From Tubulanus polymorphus (Eukaryota; Animalia; Nemertea), in assembly GCF_964204645.1 (NCBI RefSeq), contig NC_134031.1, positions 8,804,001 to 8,868,000 on the forward strand: a DNA stretch of 64,000 nucleotides, written 5' to 3'. A model generated the notes under the pieces. The model had not been told where the DNA came from. It saw only the letters and a list, made by a program, of their open reading frames with translations, and did no database searches. Both the position numbers and the translations under genes were made by a program. Shown one piece after another: positions 46,751-58,493 of the stretch (within the stretch, counting starts at the first letter, position 1; each line of letters opens with the position of its first letter).

Positions 46751-48292
46751 TTATTTATTTTTTGATATCATATTCACTAACCCAAAAATAATAGCACTTA
46801 CAACTGTAATTAAAAATAAAATAATATGTTCAGCAGCAAAGTTAATAATACTTCCAGCAGATTTCAATATAAAACCAACAATTGATGCAATAACTCCGGG
46901 CAATGCTGCAGCAGATTTTTTAGATAGTTCCCATAAATATTTTGCTAATTTCTTTAAACCATCTTTAACTTTATCTTGTATAGAATTATTATCATTCGGG
47001 GGTTTATCCGGTTTATTTGGAGTAGGAGTAGATTTCAGTGAATTTGATATTGCTAAACCAATTGTTTAACTTAAAACTTAACTCTGCCTTCAAACTTAAA
47101 TAATAATTTTATTCTATCTTTTAGTGATACGTCAGAATTTGGTTTTATCAACAAATCTTTAAAAATAACTTTTAATTTTTTAATATGATTAAGATCATAT
47201 GATTTTAATAATGTGTCTCTTTCTTTTTCCTGTAATTCTTTGTTATATTTTAAATCATCTATTTCTTTTTCTAAAGCTAACTTTCTGCTTTCATAATCAG
47301 CTTCCTCGATTAAGATCTCTATTTAATTCTAATTGTTTTAATTCTTCATTTGCATTAGTTAATTCTTTTTCTAACATGATTATTTTAGAAAATCTCATCT
47401 TGATATTAGCAATTTCACCAGCTGATTCTTGCATACCTTTAATTTCTCTACGTGCTTGTTCAGGAAATGCTTCTAATTCATCATCAGTTAAATCAAATAA
47501 TCCTTTTTCTAGTAAAGATTGTATTCGATTTATTCCAGTTTCAACACCGGGTGTATCTAAAACACTATTCATCTCTTCTTCAAATGAATTCATTGTATCC
47601 AGTAAGTTATCTAAATGTTTTCCTAATTGTAATTGGCTTGAATCATTACCAATTTGTTGAATATCTCTTCTCGATGTTTCGGTTGTTGAAGATCTTAATT
47701 TATCTAATCGATCTCTATACTCTTCCATTTCTGTTTCTGATTTCTTTTTGATTGTTTCAAATAATTCATTAATTCTTTGTTTAAATACTTTTCTATTTTT
47801 ATTCATTTCTTTTTGTGTTAAATCTTCTTCTATTTCATTAATATTACTTATTCTTTTAATTCTATCTGGATCTAAATCACTCAAAGTTGATTTTGTTAAT
47901 ATTTTATTTTTATTATTTTTATAAGTGATATCAATATAATAATCATCCTTCAAATGATAATAACATTTACCATTATCTAAAAATCTTAATTGATCTGCTA
48001 AAGGTCCAACGTCTTCATCATTTATGTTAAGTTTAGAATTTTCAATTAAATCTTCTCATTTAGGTATTTTGTTTAAATTATCTAAATCTTGTTTCACTAA
48101 ATATGGGTCTAAATTTTCAGGATTTAATTGTGATTCTGCATTTTTAATATAATCATGCATATTTAAATTATTATTATATTCTGGCTCATTACCGTCATTA
48201 AAACTTGTTTCACTAAAATCAGGTTGTTGTTCATCAGTTATACCAGGTTCATCAAAAGGACCCATTGGAAAATCTTCTCCACCTTCTGCCAT
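46751..48292 (-). pseudogene. Large coiled-coil/membrane protein (MAEGG start), fragmented
   Basis: ORFs 48056-48292 and 47297-47953 plus hydrophobic C-terminus matching 785-1204. Confidence 0.65.
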
Positions 48293-48307
48293 TTACATAA
48301 TAAAAGA

Positions 48308-49694
48308 TTAAAATTTAAAATATAATATTCCTCCGATTACAATTCCTATACAAGTTATAGCTAATTTAATATTTTCATGGGATTTATTATCATCATTTAG
48401 TTTAATTATATCATGTTGAATATTATCAGTTCTAATATTTTCTGATGTATTGTAATCTTTTATTTTAGAATCATTATTTTATTTAATATTATTAGTTTTA
48501 GTTTCTGTTGATTGAATATGTTTTTTGTTTTTTTCACCTTCCATTAATTTTGGAGCAGTAATTATCTTTTTATTTATATCATTTAATCCAAATGAATTAT
48601 TTATTGTTGCAGTTTTAATTAGATTATTGTAACCAATTATGTTTCCCATCTTTAATACTATATCATTAGAAATAATTAATAGATTAGGGCCTATACAATA
48701 ATTTAATCTAATATTGATTTATCTAAATAATTTTGATATCTTACAATGTTTTCTGGAATCGATCTATTTTTATCATTATGAATTGAATTTCAAATATTAC
48801 TTTGAATTGTTTCTGTGTATCAAATGATGTATTTAAATTTCCAATTATTGGGGATCTTGTTTCAACTTGCGCACCTAAAATACATATCAAATAAGTTCTA
48901 ATAGATTGATTCATTCTTTCTATACCTGATTTAGTAAAACCTTCACTATTTTCTAAAATAAAATAAACCCAACCATTATTGTTTTCTTGTTTCAAATGAT
49001 CATAAAATTTCGGTAATTTATTGAAATTTAATGTTCTTAAATCCTTTGTTTCTATTTAACCATAACCTAATTTATTGTTATAGATATTATAAAAACTATT
49101 AGATGGTATGGGAAGTGCACAATATTCTGCAATCTTTTTAGGGCAAGGAAGTGATCTTATTGTTCCAATTTTTGTTCTAAAATCAGAATTATTTATATCT
49201 ATATTAAATTCATTACAAATTTTATAAAACTTTGATAAATTAATATTATTATTTAATTCTTTAAAATATCTAGATCCTGGTAAAGCGCACTCTAATTCAT
49301 TTAATATTATTCTGATTTGAAAGTATGTATGAAATCTAAATAAACTTTGAATTAATTTATATTTAGAATTATTCAAATGATCATTCCAACTAATTCCACA
49401 ACCTGTTGTTGCACAATAAACAGCTAAATTTAATTGGTTCTGCCAATACTTCATATTAGATTTTAATAACCATTGTTTTTCATCTTTCAATTTTTTAAAA
49501 TTAATTAAATAGACATGAAATATATTTTCCATCTTTGCATTAAAATTATTAGTTTCAGAAACATAAATTTCTAAATTAGTTAATGAATCTAAAACTTCAT
49601 TTCTATATGTAATATCTTTATTAAAATCTATTGCTGGAATATTATATTTAATTGATTTATTATATTGGAAAGCTTTTGGAAAACTATCTGCCAT
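48308..49694 (-). pseudogene. Conserved Polinton protein (WQNQLN.AVYCATTGCGIS motif), fragmented
   Basis: ORFs 49056-49694 and 48741-48995 match intact 56281-57519. Confidence 0.72.
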
Positions 49695-49710
49695 TTATAT
49701 AATTAAAGAA

Positions 49711-50145
49711 TTAATAACCTATTAATTCTTTTAATAATTTATCTTGTTCTTCAACTGTTATATGACCATTTAAACTTATTATATAATCTAGTGTATTCTT
49801 TAATTTATTAATTTCTTTTATATTAGTTTTAATTTTTTCTTTATTACTTTTTATATTTAATTTTGAACTTATACCAGTTAAAACACTTGAACTTAATCCT
49901 AACACGCCAATTGATATAGCTAAAGTTGTTAATGGACTGAATATTGCTAAAAATGTTATTACAGAACTAATTGTAACCGAACCACTAATAATAAGAAAAT
50001 ATATAATTTTACTTTTTAAATATTTTTTCTTTTTAACTTTTAAATCACTTTCAAATTCTAATATTTGTTTTTCTAAATATGTTTTTAATTTAGTTTTATT
50101 TATATCATGAGGAATAATATCAACATTATCAACTTTATCATCCAT
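49711..50145 (-). CDS. Two-TM Polinton membrane protein
   Basis: Two hydrophobic helices flanked by Lys-rich coils; homologue 55836-56264. Confidence 0.72.
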   Translation of the reverse strand: MDDKVDNVDIIPHDINKTKLKTYLEKQILEFESDLKVKKKKYLKSKIIYFLIISGSVTISSVITFLAIFSPLTTLAISIGVLGLSSSVLTGISSKLNIKSNKEKIKTNIKEINKLKNTLDYIISLNGHITVEEQDKLLKELIGY

Positions 50146-50164
50146 TTATTTAGAAAAGAAATTA

Positions 50165-50587
50165 CTAATTAGTAAATTTATAAGCAGCAAATAATACAAT
50201 AACTGTTCCACCTAAAATCCAAATTATTTCATATCTCTTCTGTTCTTTACTTGGGGTATAATAATCTTATAATTTAGGTTTGTATAGATGTAATTTTTCT
50301 TTATTGCTTACCGCGTTATATAAACTCATTGCATCATCAACTGATTGAAAATCTCTATGTGAAATCTTCTGATCATATAATTCCTTGTTAATATAATCCA
50401 TATAGTTTTGCCTCTTTTCTCTATATTCTTCTGCTGCTTTATTGTATTTCTCTAATGCTAAGTTATGTCTTCTTTGCTCTCCTGATGAACTATTTTTATC
50501 AATATGCTTAAATGAATAACCGCCACCAGTAAATGCTAAAGCGTTAACAATTGCCGATCCTATAATAGTTATAATTGCAGAAGCCAT
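50165..50587 (-). pseudogene. Small Polinton protein (MASA..IIGSAIVNALAFTGG), frameshifted before its C-terminal TM
   Basis: ORF 50267-50587; homologue 55392-55815. Confidence 0.68.
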
Positions 50588-50611
50588 TTATTTAGCAAAA
50601 AAATTACGCAT

Positions 50612-50833
50612 TTATATAGGAGGAATATATTTTTGTTTTTCCAAATAATCAATAGTTAAATTAGATAAAGTAACTGCTAATGTTAATTTTAGAATATCAT
50701 TTATATCAAATCTATCAACATTAACACTTCCCATTTTAAATACTTTTTTAAATACCATTGAATAACCAACAGTTCCAACTGATAGTAAGGCTCCATTATA
50801 TAATCCAGTTATTATCCACTTGTTATCACTCAT
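50612..50833 (-). CDS. 73-aa Polinton protein
   Basis: TAAATG start; translation identical to 55146-55367. Confidence 0.7.
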   Translation of the reverse strand: MSDNKWIITGLYNGALLSVGTVGYSMVFKKVFKMGSVNVDRFDINDILKLTLAVTLSNLTIDYLEKQKYIPPI

Positions 50834-50879
50834 TTATTTATCAAAAAATTACTATCATCAAAATATTTAGTTATCTTAG

Positions 50880-51680
50880 TGATGATTATTTCAACTTATT
50901 TCATTACTACTTTTATGATTATCATATATTTTGGTTAATATGTTTTTAATATCATCAATAATTCCATCTTAATTCATTATATTCTAAAGGCGTTTTAATT
51001 AAATCAATTACTTTTTCTATATTATAATTTTATTTATTAATCATTGATGCATTATTAAATGATTTACTTTTTATATCAGTAATTACATCATTTGCGTTCC
51101 AAATTCTTTAACATTTTTCAATGGTAAAATGTTTAGTAAACCAGAATTACAAGTTATATCTTTAGTTGCTTCAAATGTTTTTGTAGGATCGATTAAATTG
51201 CAATAAATATTAAAGTGTGTAAAAGGTATTAAGTTGGGTATAGCATCAATATTTGTAAAGGATTTATCTGGAGGAATTCCTAACAGTTAAGCTATTGGTT
51301 TTTCTACCATAAATGCATGTTTTTCAATATCAGCCAACCTTATCTTTATTTTGTTAGAACTCTCACTTTTTAAAAATCTAATATTGAACTCGGAATTATT
51401 ACCTGACTTGTGCCAGGCTTTTCTATTAATTTCTTGTGCCAATGTATCTAAATTATATAACCCCGGTTTTAAATATATATTGGCCCATTCATTTTTATTT
51501 TTATTAAAAATTAAAAAGGCTCAACAGTTTTATTCGATATATTGTAAAATGAGTTACATAAACTTATATTTACTAATTTTAAATCAACACAATTTTTATA
51601 TTCCCTATCTAATTGAACTAGTAAATTATGAGATTTATAATTTGTAAGCCTTCTAGAATCAACAAATATTCTGTATTCTT
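50880..51680 (-). pseudogene. Minor capsid (penton) protein, disrupted, 5' end fused to a PolB stub by deletion
   Basis: Near-exact reverse complement of 54299-55100. Confidence 0.55.
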
Positions 51681-51842
51681 AAAATCATCATTATTTGGAT
51701 AGTGTTGCTTTAATATTTTTAATTCATCATCAACTAATGATTTTGATAAGTTATCTAATGAACTATTTAAAAATCTATATGAATCTATAAATCTTAGACA
51801 ACCAAATTGGAATGATATATAATTCTCAGATGTTTTAGCTAT
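51679..51842 (-). pseudogene. PolB stub
   Basis: Reverse complement of 51989-52150 (A.TSENYISFQFG.LRFIDSYRF). Confidence 0.8.
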
Positions 51843-51854
51843 TTTTAGCTATTT

Positions 51855-51943
51855 AGCTTAATTTTGTAATTAAACCCTTTCGTGAAACCGAATTTTAATC
51901 GTAATTAACTAATCATGATTAAGGAAATTTAATCATGATTTAG
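51855..51943. repeat. Fragment of the Harbinger-like MITE at the centre of the giant inverted repeat
   Basis: Matches 59293-59380 (TTAATTTTGTAATTAAACCCTTTCGTGAAACCG...CATGATTTAGG). Confidence 0.8.
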
Positions 51944-51944
51944 G

Positions 51945-53894
51945 AATAGATCAAAAGATAAAATACCAACTTATAAATTTAAAATGTTAGCTAGAACATC
52001 TGAGAATTATATATCATTCCAATTTGGTGGCCTAAGATTTATAGATTCATATAGATTTTCAAATAGTTCATTAGATAACTTATCAAAATCATTAGTTGAT
52101 GATGAATTAAAAATATTAAAGCAACACTATCCAAATAATGATGATTTTAAATTAATGAGATATAAAGGCGCAATTCCATATTCTTTCTATAAAAATCATA
52201 ATGATTTTAACATAACTGAATTATTAAAGGAACAATTCTATGATGAATTAAAAAATGAATTTGTTAAAGATGAAGTATATAATAGAACATTGAATATTTG
52301 GAATCATTTCAAAATAGAAATCATGGACAATTAGAAGATTTATATTCAAAATCAGATGTATTATTATTAACTGATATATTTGAAAGGTTTAGAGATGTAA
52401 ACCTAAAATATTTCAATATTGATCCTTGTCATTGTTATTCTAGCCCAGGTTTAACATGGGATTGTGGATTAAAACTTACAGATATAAAAATGGATTTGTT
52501 AACAAATATAGATCAATTACTATTATTTGAAAAATCTATAAGAGGAGGAGTTTCAGGTGTATTAGGCGATAGATATTTCAATGTAAACGATAACCCTGGA
52601 TATAAGTTATTATATATAGATGCAAATAATTTGTATGGTTGGGCAATGATGGAACCACAACCTTATGGAGTATTTGAAATAAGTGAAGTTTTACAACGTG
52701 AAAATAATGATAAATTTGATTGGAAGAAAAGAATCGTAGATATTGCAGATGATTCAGATACTGGTTACTTCTTTGTTGAAGATTTAGAATATCCTGAACA
52801 TATTAAATTTAAATCTAGAAATCTATCATACTGTCCAGATAATAAAACTGTAACTGATGAAGAATTATCAAATCATCAAAAAAGAATTAAACCTGAAAAT
52901 CATAATCATACAGAAAAGTTAATGGTAACTCAGGAAGATAAATATAATTATGTAGTACATTATAGAATGTTGAAGTTTTATTTGAATCAAGGAATGATCC
53001 TAAAAAAAGTACATAGATATATTTCATTCAGTCAATCTAAATGGTTAGAAAAATATATAGATTTCAAACACCAAACAGAGAACTGAAGCTAAAACTGATT
53101 TCGAGAAAGATTTCTTCAAGTTAATGAATAATGCATTCTATGGTAAGACTTGTGAAAATATTAGAAATAGAAATGATATTGAGTTAGTAAGTAATGGCAA
53201 AAGGATAAGGCATTTACAAACATATCCTAAATTTATAGGTAACAGAATATTTGATGAAAATTTAGCCGCAGTTAAAATGAGAAAAACTTCGATGAAATTT
53301 AATAAACCAATTTATGTTGGAGCATCAGTTTTAGAAATATCAAAGCTATTGATGTATGAATTCTATCATAATGTATTACAACCTCATTTTGGAGAAAAAC
53401 ATATAGAAATCTTATATTTTGATACCGATTCTTACATATTAAAGATAAAAACTAATAACATAACTGATGATTTAAAAACATTAAAACATCCTTTTGATTT
53501 TAGTAACTATCCTAAAGATCATGAATTGTTTAGCAATGATAATAAAAAGGTTCCCGGGAAGTTTAAGGATGAATTAGGTGGTGAAGAAATGATAGAGTTC
53601 ATAGGAATTAGATCTAAAATGTATTCATATAAAACTAAAGAACATGAAGCTAAAAAGTTAAAAGGAATAATAAGAAGTTAGAAAACATAAGATGAGATGT
53701 TTAAGATCTGAAGATCATGAAATGTTTATTGAAGAGATTGAGAAGATAAGTTGAATCCATTTGATGATAAAAGATATATTCTGGATGATGGAATTCATAC
53801 AGTTGCTTATGGTTGTAATTTAGATGAATATGTAAAATTTAAAAGAGAGGAAACCAAAGAGAACGAGATAATAAAAAGAATTCTAACGTGTTAG
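51945..53894 (+). pseudogene. polB: Protein-primed family B DNA polymerase, 5'-truncated and frameshifted
   Basis: FIDSYRF and SDVLLL (exonuclease region), SIRGG, YIDANNLYGWAM, KLMNNAFYGK, YFDTDS, SKMYS across ORFs 51984, 52298, 53124. Confidence 0.92.
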
Positions 53895-53923
53895 TCAAAT
53901 TTTAATGAAAATATGTATTATAA

Positions 53924-54268
53924 ATGGAGAGTAAACAAGCACACAGTGAGAACAACAAATTATTTCTATATAGAATAAAAGATACTTCAAATGTCAAATC
54001 AGTAGATTATAAATTTAAGAAGTTAAAAGAATTAACAATCCATAAGAAATATCTTATTACAGATATTGTTACAGTTACCAACAAATATGGAGATAAATTA
54101 GTTATACACTTAGAATATGAAGGATTAAAAGGAAATACATATAAATTCAGAACATATTTACCAGATAGATTATCAAGTGAAGATCTAGAAGAATTATGCT
54201 CTGGAGATTTCTATTTCGTATACAAAGGTAAGAATGAAATGGGGCACCATGAAATAGATTTCGAATAA
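53924..54268 (+). CDS. Small Polinton protein downstream of PolB, function unknown
   Basis: TAAATG start; beta-rich pattern with NKYG..LVI.L and TYLPDR. Confidence 0.65.
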   Translation: MESKQAHSENNKLFLYRIKDTSNVKSVDYKFKKLKELTIHKKYLITDIVTVTNKYGDKLVIHLEYEGLKGNTYKFRTYLPDRLSSEDLEELCSGDFYFVYKGKNEMGHHEIDFE

Positions 54269-54285
54269 GAAAATATGTAAAATAA

Positions 54286-55100
54286 ATGGTAGAATTAAAA
54301 GAATACAGAATATTTGTTGATTCTAGAAGGCTTACAAATTATAAATCTCATAATTTACTAGTTCAATTAGATAGGGAATATAAAAATTGTGTTGATTTAA
54401 AATAAGTAAATATAAGTTTATGTAACTCATTTTACAATATATCGAATAAAACTGTTGAGCCTTTTTAATTTTTAATAAAAATAAAAATGAATGGGCCTAT
54501 ATATATTTAAAACCGGGGTTATATAATTTAGATACATTGGCACAAGAAATTAATAGAAAAGCCTGGCACAAGTCAGGTAATAATTCCGAGTTCAATATTA
54601 GATTTTTAAAAAGTGAGAGTTCTAACAAAATAAAGATAAGGTTGGCTGATATTGAAAAACATGCATTTATGGTAGAAAAACCAATAGCTTAACTGTTAGG
54701 AATTCCTCCAGATAAATCCTTTACAAATATTGATGCTATACCAAACTTAATACCTTTTACACACTTTTATATTTATTGCAATTTAATCGATCCTACAAAA
54801 ACATTTGAAGCAACTAAAGATATAACTTGTAATTCTGGTTTACTAAACATTTTACCATTGAAAAATGTTAAAGAATTTGGAACGCAAATGATGTAATTAC
54901 TGATATAAAAAGTAAATCATTTAATAATGCATCAATGATTAATAAATAAAATTATAATATAGAAAAAGTAATTGATTTAATTAAAACGCCTTTAGAATAT
55001 AATGAATTAAGATGGAATTATTGATGATATTAAAAACATATTAACCAAAATATATGATAATCATAAAAGTAGTAATGAAATAAGTTGAAATAATCATCAC
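54286..55100 (+). pseudogene. Minor capsid (penton) protein, disrupted
   Basis: Manual translation MVELKEYRIFVDSRR..SHNLLVQLDREY.. and FYIYCNLID..LLNILP, patterns typical of Polinton minor capsid; several stops. 3' end approximate. Confidence 0.55.
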
Positions 55101-55145
55101 TAAGATAACTAAATATTTTGATGATAGTAATTTTTTGATAAATAA

Positions 55146-55367
55146 ATGAGTGATAACAAGTGGATAATAACTGGATTATATAATGGAGCCTTACTATCAG
55201 TTGGAACTGTTGGTTATTCAATGGTATTTAAAAAAGTATTTAAAATGGGAAGTGTTAATGTTGACAGATTTGATATAAATGATATTCTAAAATTAACATT
55301 AGCAGTTACTTTATCTAATTTAACTATTGATTATTTAGAAAAACAAAAATATATTCCTCCCATATAA
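55146..55367 (+). CDS. 73-aa Polinton protein
   Basis: TAAATG start; identical to 50612-50833. Confidence 0.7.
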   Translation: MSDNKWIITGLYNGALLSVGTVGYSMVFKKVFKMGSVNVDRFDINDILKLTLAVTLSNLTIDYLEKQKYIPPI

Positions 55368-55391
55368 ATGCGTAATTATTTTACTAAATAA

Positions 55392-55815
55392 ATGGCTTCT
55401 GCAGTAATAACTATTATAGGATCGGCAATTGTTAACGCTTTAGCATTTACTGGTGGTGGATATTTATTTAAACATATTGATAAAAATAGATCATTAACAG
55501 AACAAAAAAGACATAACTTAGCATAAGAGAAATACAATAAAGCTGCAGAAGAATATAGAGAAAAAGAGACAAAACTATATGGATTATATTAACAAGGAAT
55601 TATATGATCAGAAGATTTCACATAGAGATTTTCAATCAGTTGATGATGCAATGAGTTTATATAACGCGGTAACAAATAAAGAAAAATTACATCTATACAA
55701 ACCTGAATCATCAGATTATTATACCCCAAGTAAAGAACAACAGAAATATGAAATAATATGGATTTTAGGTGGAACTGTTATTGTTATATTTGTAGCGTAT
55801 AGATTTAGTAATTAG
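55392..55815 (+). pseudogene. Small Polinton protein with N- and C-terminal hydrophobic segments, one internal stop
   Basis: ATG 55392; TAA at ~55524 where copy B has TTA; ORF 55579-55815 is the C-terminal part. Confidence 0.68.
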
Positions 55816-55835
55816 TAATTTTTTTTGCTAAATAA

Positions 55836-56264
55836 ATGGATGATAATATTGATATTATTCCTCATGATATAAATAAAACTAAATTAAAAATATATTTAGA
55901 AAAACAAATATTAGAATTTGAAAGTGACTTAAAAAGAAAAAAGAAAAAATATTTAAAATCTAAAATTATATATTATTTTATTATCAGTGGTTCGGTTACA
56001 ATTAGTAAAAAAAAAAAAACATTTCTAGCAATATTCAGTCCATTAACACCTTTAGCTATATCAATTGGTGTATTAGGATTAAGTTCAAGTGTTTTAACTG
56101 GTATAAGTTCAAAATTAAATATAAAAAGTAATAAAGGAAAAATTAAAACTAATATAAAAGAAATTAATAAACTAAAGAATAGACTAGATTATATAATAAG
56201 TTTAAATGGTCCTATAACAGTGGACGAACAAGATAAATTATTAAAAGAATTAATAAATTATTAA
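55836..56264 (+). CDS. Two-TM Polinton membrane protein (poly-A substitution in TM1)
   Basis: Homologue of 49711-50145; SSVIT replaced by SKKKKT. Confidence 0.68.
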   Translation: MDDNIDIIPHDINKTKLKIYLEKQILEFESDLKRKKKKYLKSKIIYYFIISGSVTISKKKKTFLAIFSPLTPLAISIGVLGLSSSVLTGISSKLNIKSNKGKIKTNIKEINKLKNRLDYIISLNGPITVDEQDKLLKELINY

Positions 56265-56280
56265 ATTTTTAATTATATAA

Positions 56281-57519
56281 ATGGTAGATAGTTTTCCAAA
56301 AGCTTTCCAATATAATAAATCAATTAAATATAATATTCCTGCAATAGATTTTAATAAAGATATTACATATAGAAATGAAGTTTTAAATTCATTAATTGAT
56401 TTATATATTTATGTTACTGAAACTAATTATTTTAATGTTAAGATGGAAAATATATTTTATGTGTATACAATTAATTTTAAAAATTTAAATGAGGCAAAAC
56501 AATGGTTATTAAAATCTAATATGAAATATTGGCAGAACCAATTAAATTTTGCTGTCTATTGCGCAACAACAGGATGTGGAATAAGTTGGAATGATCATTT
56601 GAATAAACCAAGTTTACCATTGATGTTATCACTTTTTAGATTTCATACTTATTTTCAAATAAAATTAATTTTAGATGAATTAGAATGTCCTTTACCAGGT
56701 TCAAAATATTTTAAAGAATTGAATAATAATATTAAGTTTTATGAAATATGTAATGAATTTAATATTAATTCAAATAATGATTTTAGAGCAAAAATTGGAA
56801 CAATGGGTGGATTAGGAATATTATATACTAAAGAATTTGGAAAAATAATGACAAATTCAGATATGAGAACACTAAATTGGATTGAATTACCAAAATATTA
56901 TGATAATATACAACAACAAAATAATAATGGTTGGGTTTATTTCATTTTAGAAAATAGTGAAGGTTTTACTAAAGCTGGTAAACAAAGAATAAATGAATCA
57001 ATTAGAACTTATTTAATTTGTATTTTAGGTGCGCAAGTTGAAACAAGATCACTAATAGTTGGAAATGATAACACTTCATTCGATGCGCAGAAACAATTTA
57101 AAGTATTATTTGAAGATTCAATTCATAATGATAGAAATAGATCGATTCCAGAAAACATTGTAAGATATCAAAATTATTTAGATAAATCACATATTAGACT
57201 AAATTATTGTATAGGCCCTAATCTATTAATTATTTCTAATGATTTAGTATTAAAGATGGGAAATATAATTGGTTATAATAATCTAATTAAAACTGCAACT
57301 AAAACTAAGAATATTAAATTAAATAATGATTCTAAAATAAAAGATTACAATACATCAGAAAATGGTGCCGTACGGCACCCACACGGTGATATTAAAACTG
57401 ATAATATTCAACATGATATAATTAAAACTGATAATGATAATAAATCCCATGAAAATGCTAAATTAGCTTTAACTTGTATAGGAATTGTTATAGGAGGAAT
57501 ATTATATTTTAAATTTTAA
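56281..57519 (+). CDS. Conserved Polinton protein of unknown function, C-terminal TM
   Basis: Intact 412-aa ORF, WQNQLNFAVYCATTGCGIS motif, TAAATG start. Confidence 0.78.
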   Translation: MVDSFPKAFQYNKSIKYNIPAIDFNKDITYRNEVLNSLIDLYIYVTETNYFNVKMENIFYVYTINFKNLNEAKQWLLKSNMKYWQNQLNFAVYCATTGCGISWNDHLNKPSLPLMLSLFRFHTYFQIKLILDELECPLPGSKYFKELNNNIKFYEICNEFNINSNNDFRAKIGTMGGLGILYTKEFGKIMTNSDMRTLNWIELPKYYDNIQQQNNNGWVYFILENSEGFTKAGKQRINESIRTYLICILGAQVETRSLIVGNDNTSFDAQKQFKVLFEDSIHNDRNRSIPENIVRYQNYLDKSHIRLNYCIGPNLLIISNDLVLKMGNIIGYNNLIKTATKTKNIKLNNDSKIKDYNTSENGAVRHPHGDIKTDNIQHDIIKTDNDNKSHENAKLALTCIGIVIGGILYFKF

Positions 57520-58493
57520 TTTTTTTATTATGTAAATGGATGTAGAAGGTGGAGAAGATATTCCAATGGATACTTTTGGTGACACCCCCGGTATAAGTGA
57601 TGAACCACAACCTGATTTTAATGAAACTAATATTGATGATGATAATTCATCAGCGCGTAATTCTAATTTAGCAGATAGTGGTTCTAAAGGCTCATCAACA
57701 GATGAATTTGATAGAAGAACTAGATGGAGAATAAATCCTGAAAATGAAAATCAAGGTTTATCAAGACAAGATTTAGAATATAATAAAATTATTTATAAAT
57801 TACAACCTGTATTTGAAAATTCTGGATATAATATAAATGCTAGAGCTGTTCGACTTTTAGTAAGAGAATTAAAACTTTTAGATAATGGTGAATATTATCA
57901 TTTGAAAGATGATTATTATATTAATATCACTTATAAAAATCAAGATAAAATATTAGCGGAATCAACTTTGGAAAAATTAGAATCAGATAGAATTAAAAGA
58001 ATAAGTAATAGTATTTAAAACAATCAATAATAATTTAGAACCAGAAATGGAAGGGTATGGAGATCGATTAAATAAATTAAGATCTTCAACACCCGAAACA
58101 TCGAGAAGAGATATTCAACAAATTGATAATGATTCAAGTCAATTACAATTAGTAAAACATTTTGATAGCATGTTAGATACAGTTCATTCATTTGAAGAAG
58201 AGATGAATAGCGTTTTAGATACACCCGGTGCTGAAACTGGTATAAATCGAATACAATCTTTACTAGAAAAGGATTATTTGATTTAACTGATGATGAATTA
58301 GAAGCATTTCCTGAACAAGCACGTAGAGAAATTAAAGGTATGCAAGAATCAGCTGATAAAATTGCGCATGAAAAATGTATAAGAGATTTTAAAATTAGAA
58401 CTTTGGAAAAAGACAGACCTGATAAAATTAAAGAAATAGAACAATTAAAATTAGATAGAGATAATAAAGTTATTGAAGAAATCTAATTTAAAA

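Larger units (their letters stand above)
39101..51845. mobile_element. Polinton/Maverick copy B (left arm of giant inverted repeat)
   Basis: AGT-starting terminus, then HNH, two ORFs, integrase and ATPase on +, converging with a minus-strand block (MCP, membrane proteins, minor capsid, PolB stub). Confidence 0.88.

Noticed and set aside
44705-47751. Plus-strand ORFs 44705, 46695, 47199, 47452 (and analogous 133, 745, 60090, 61882)
   Set aside because: Antisense shadows of real AT-rich Polinton genes.
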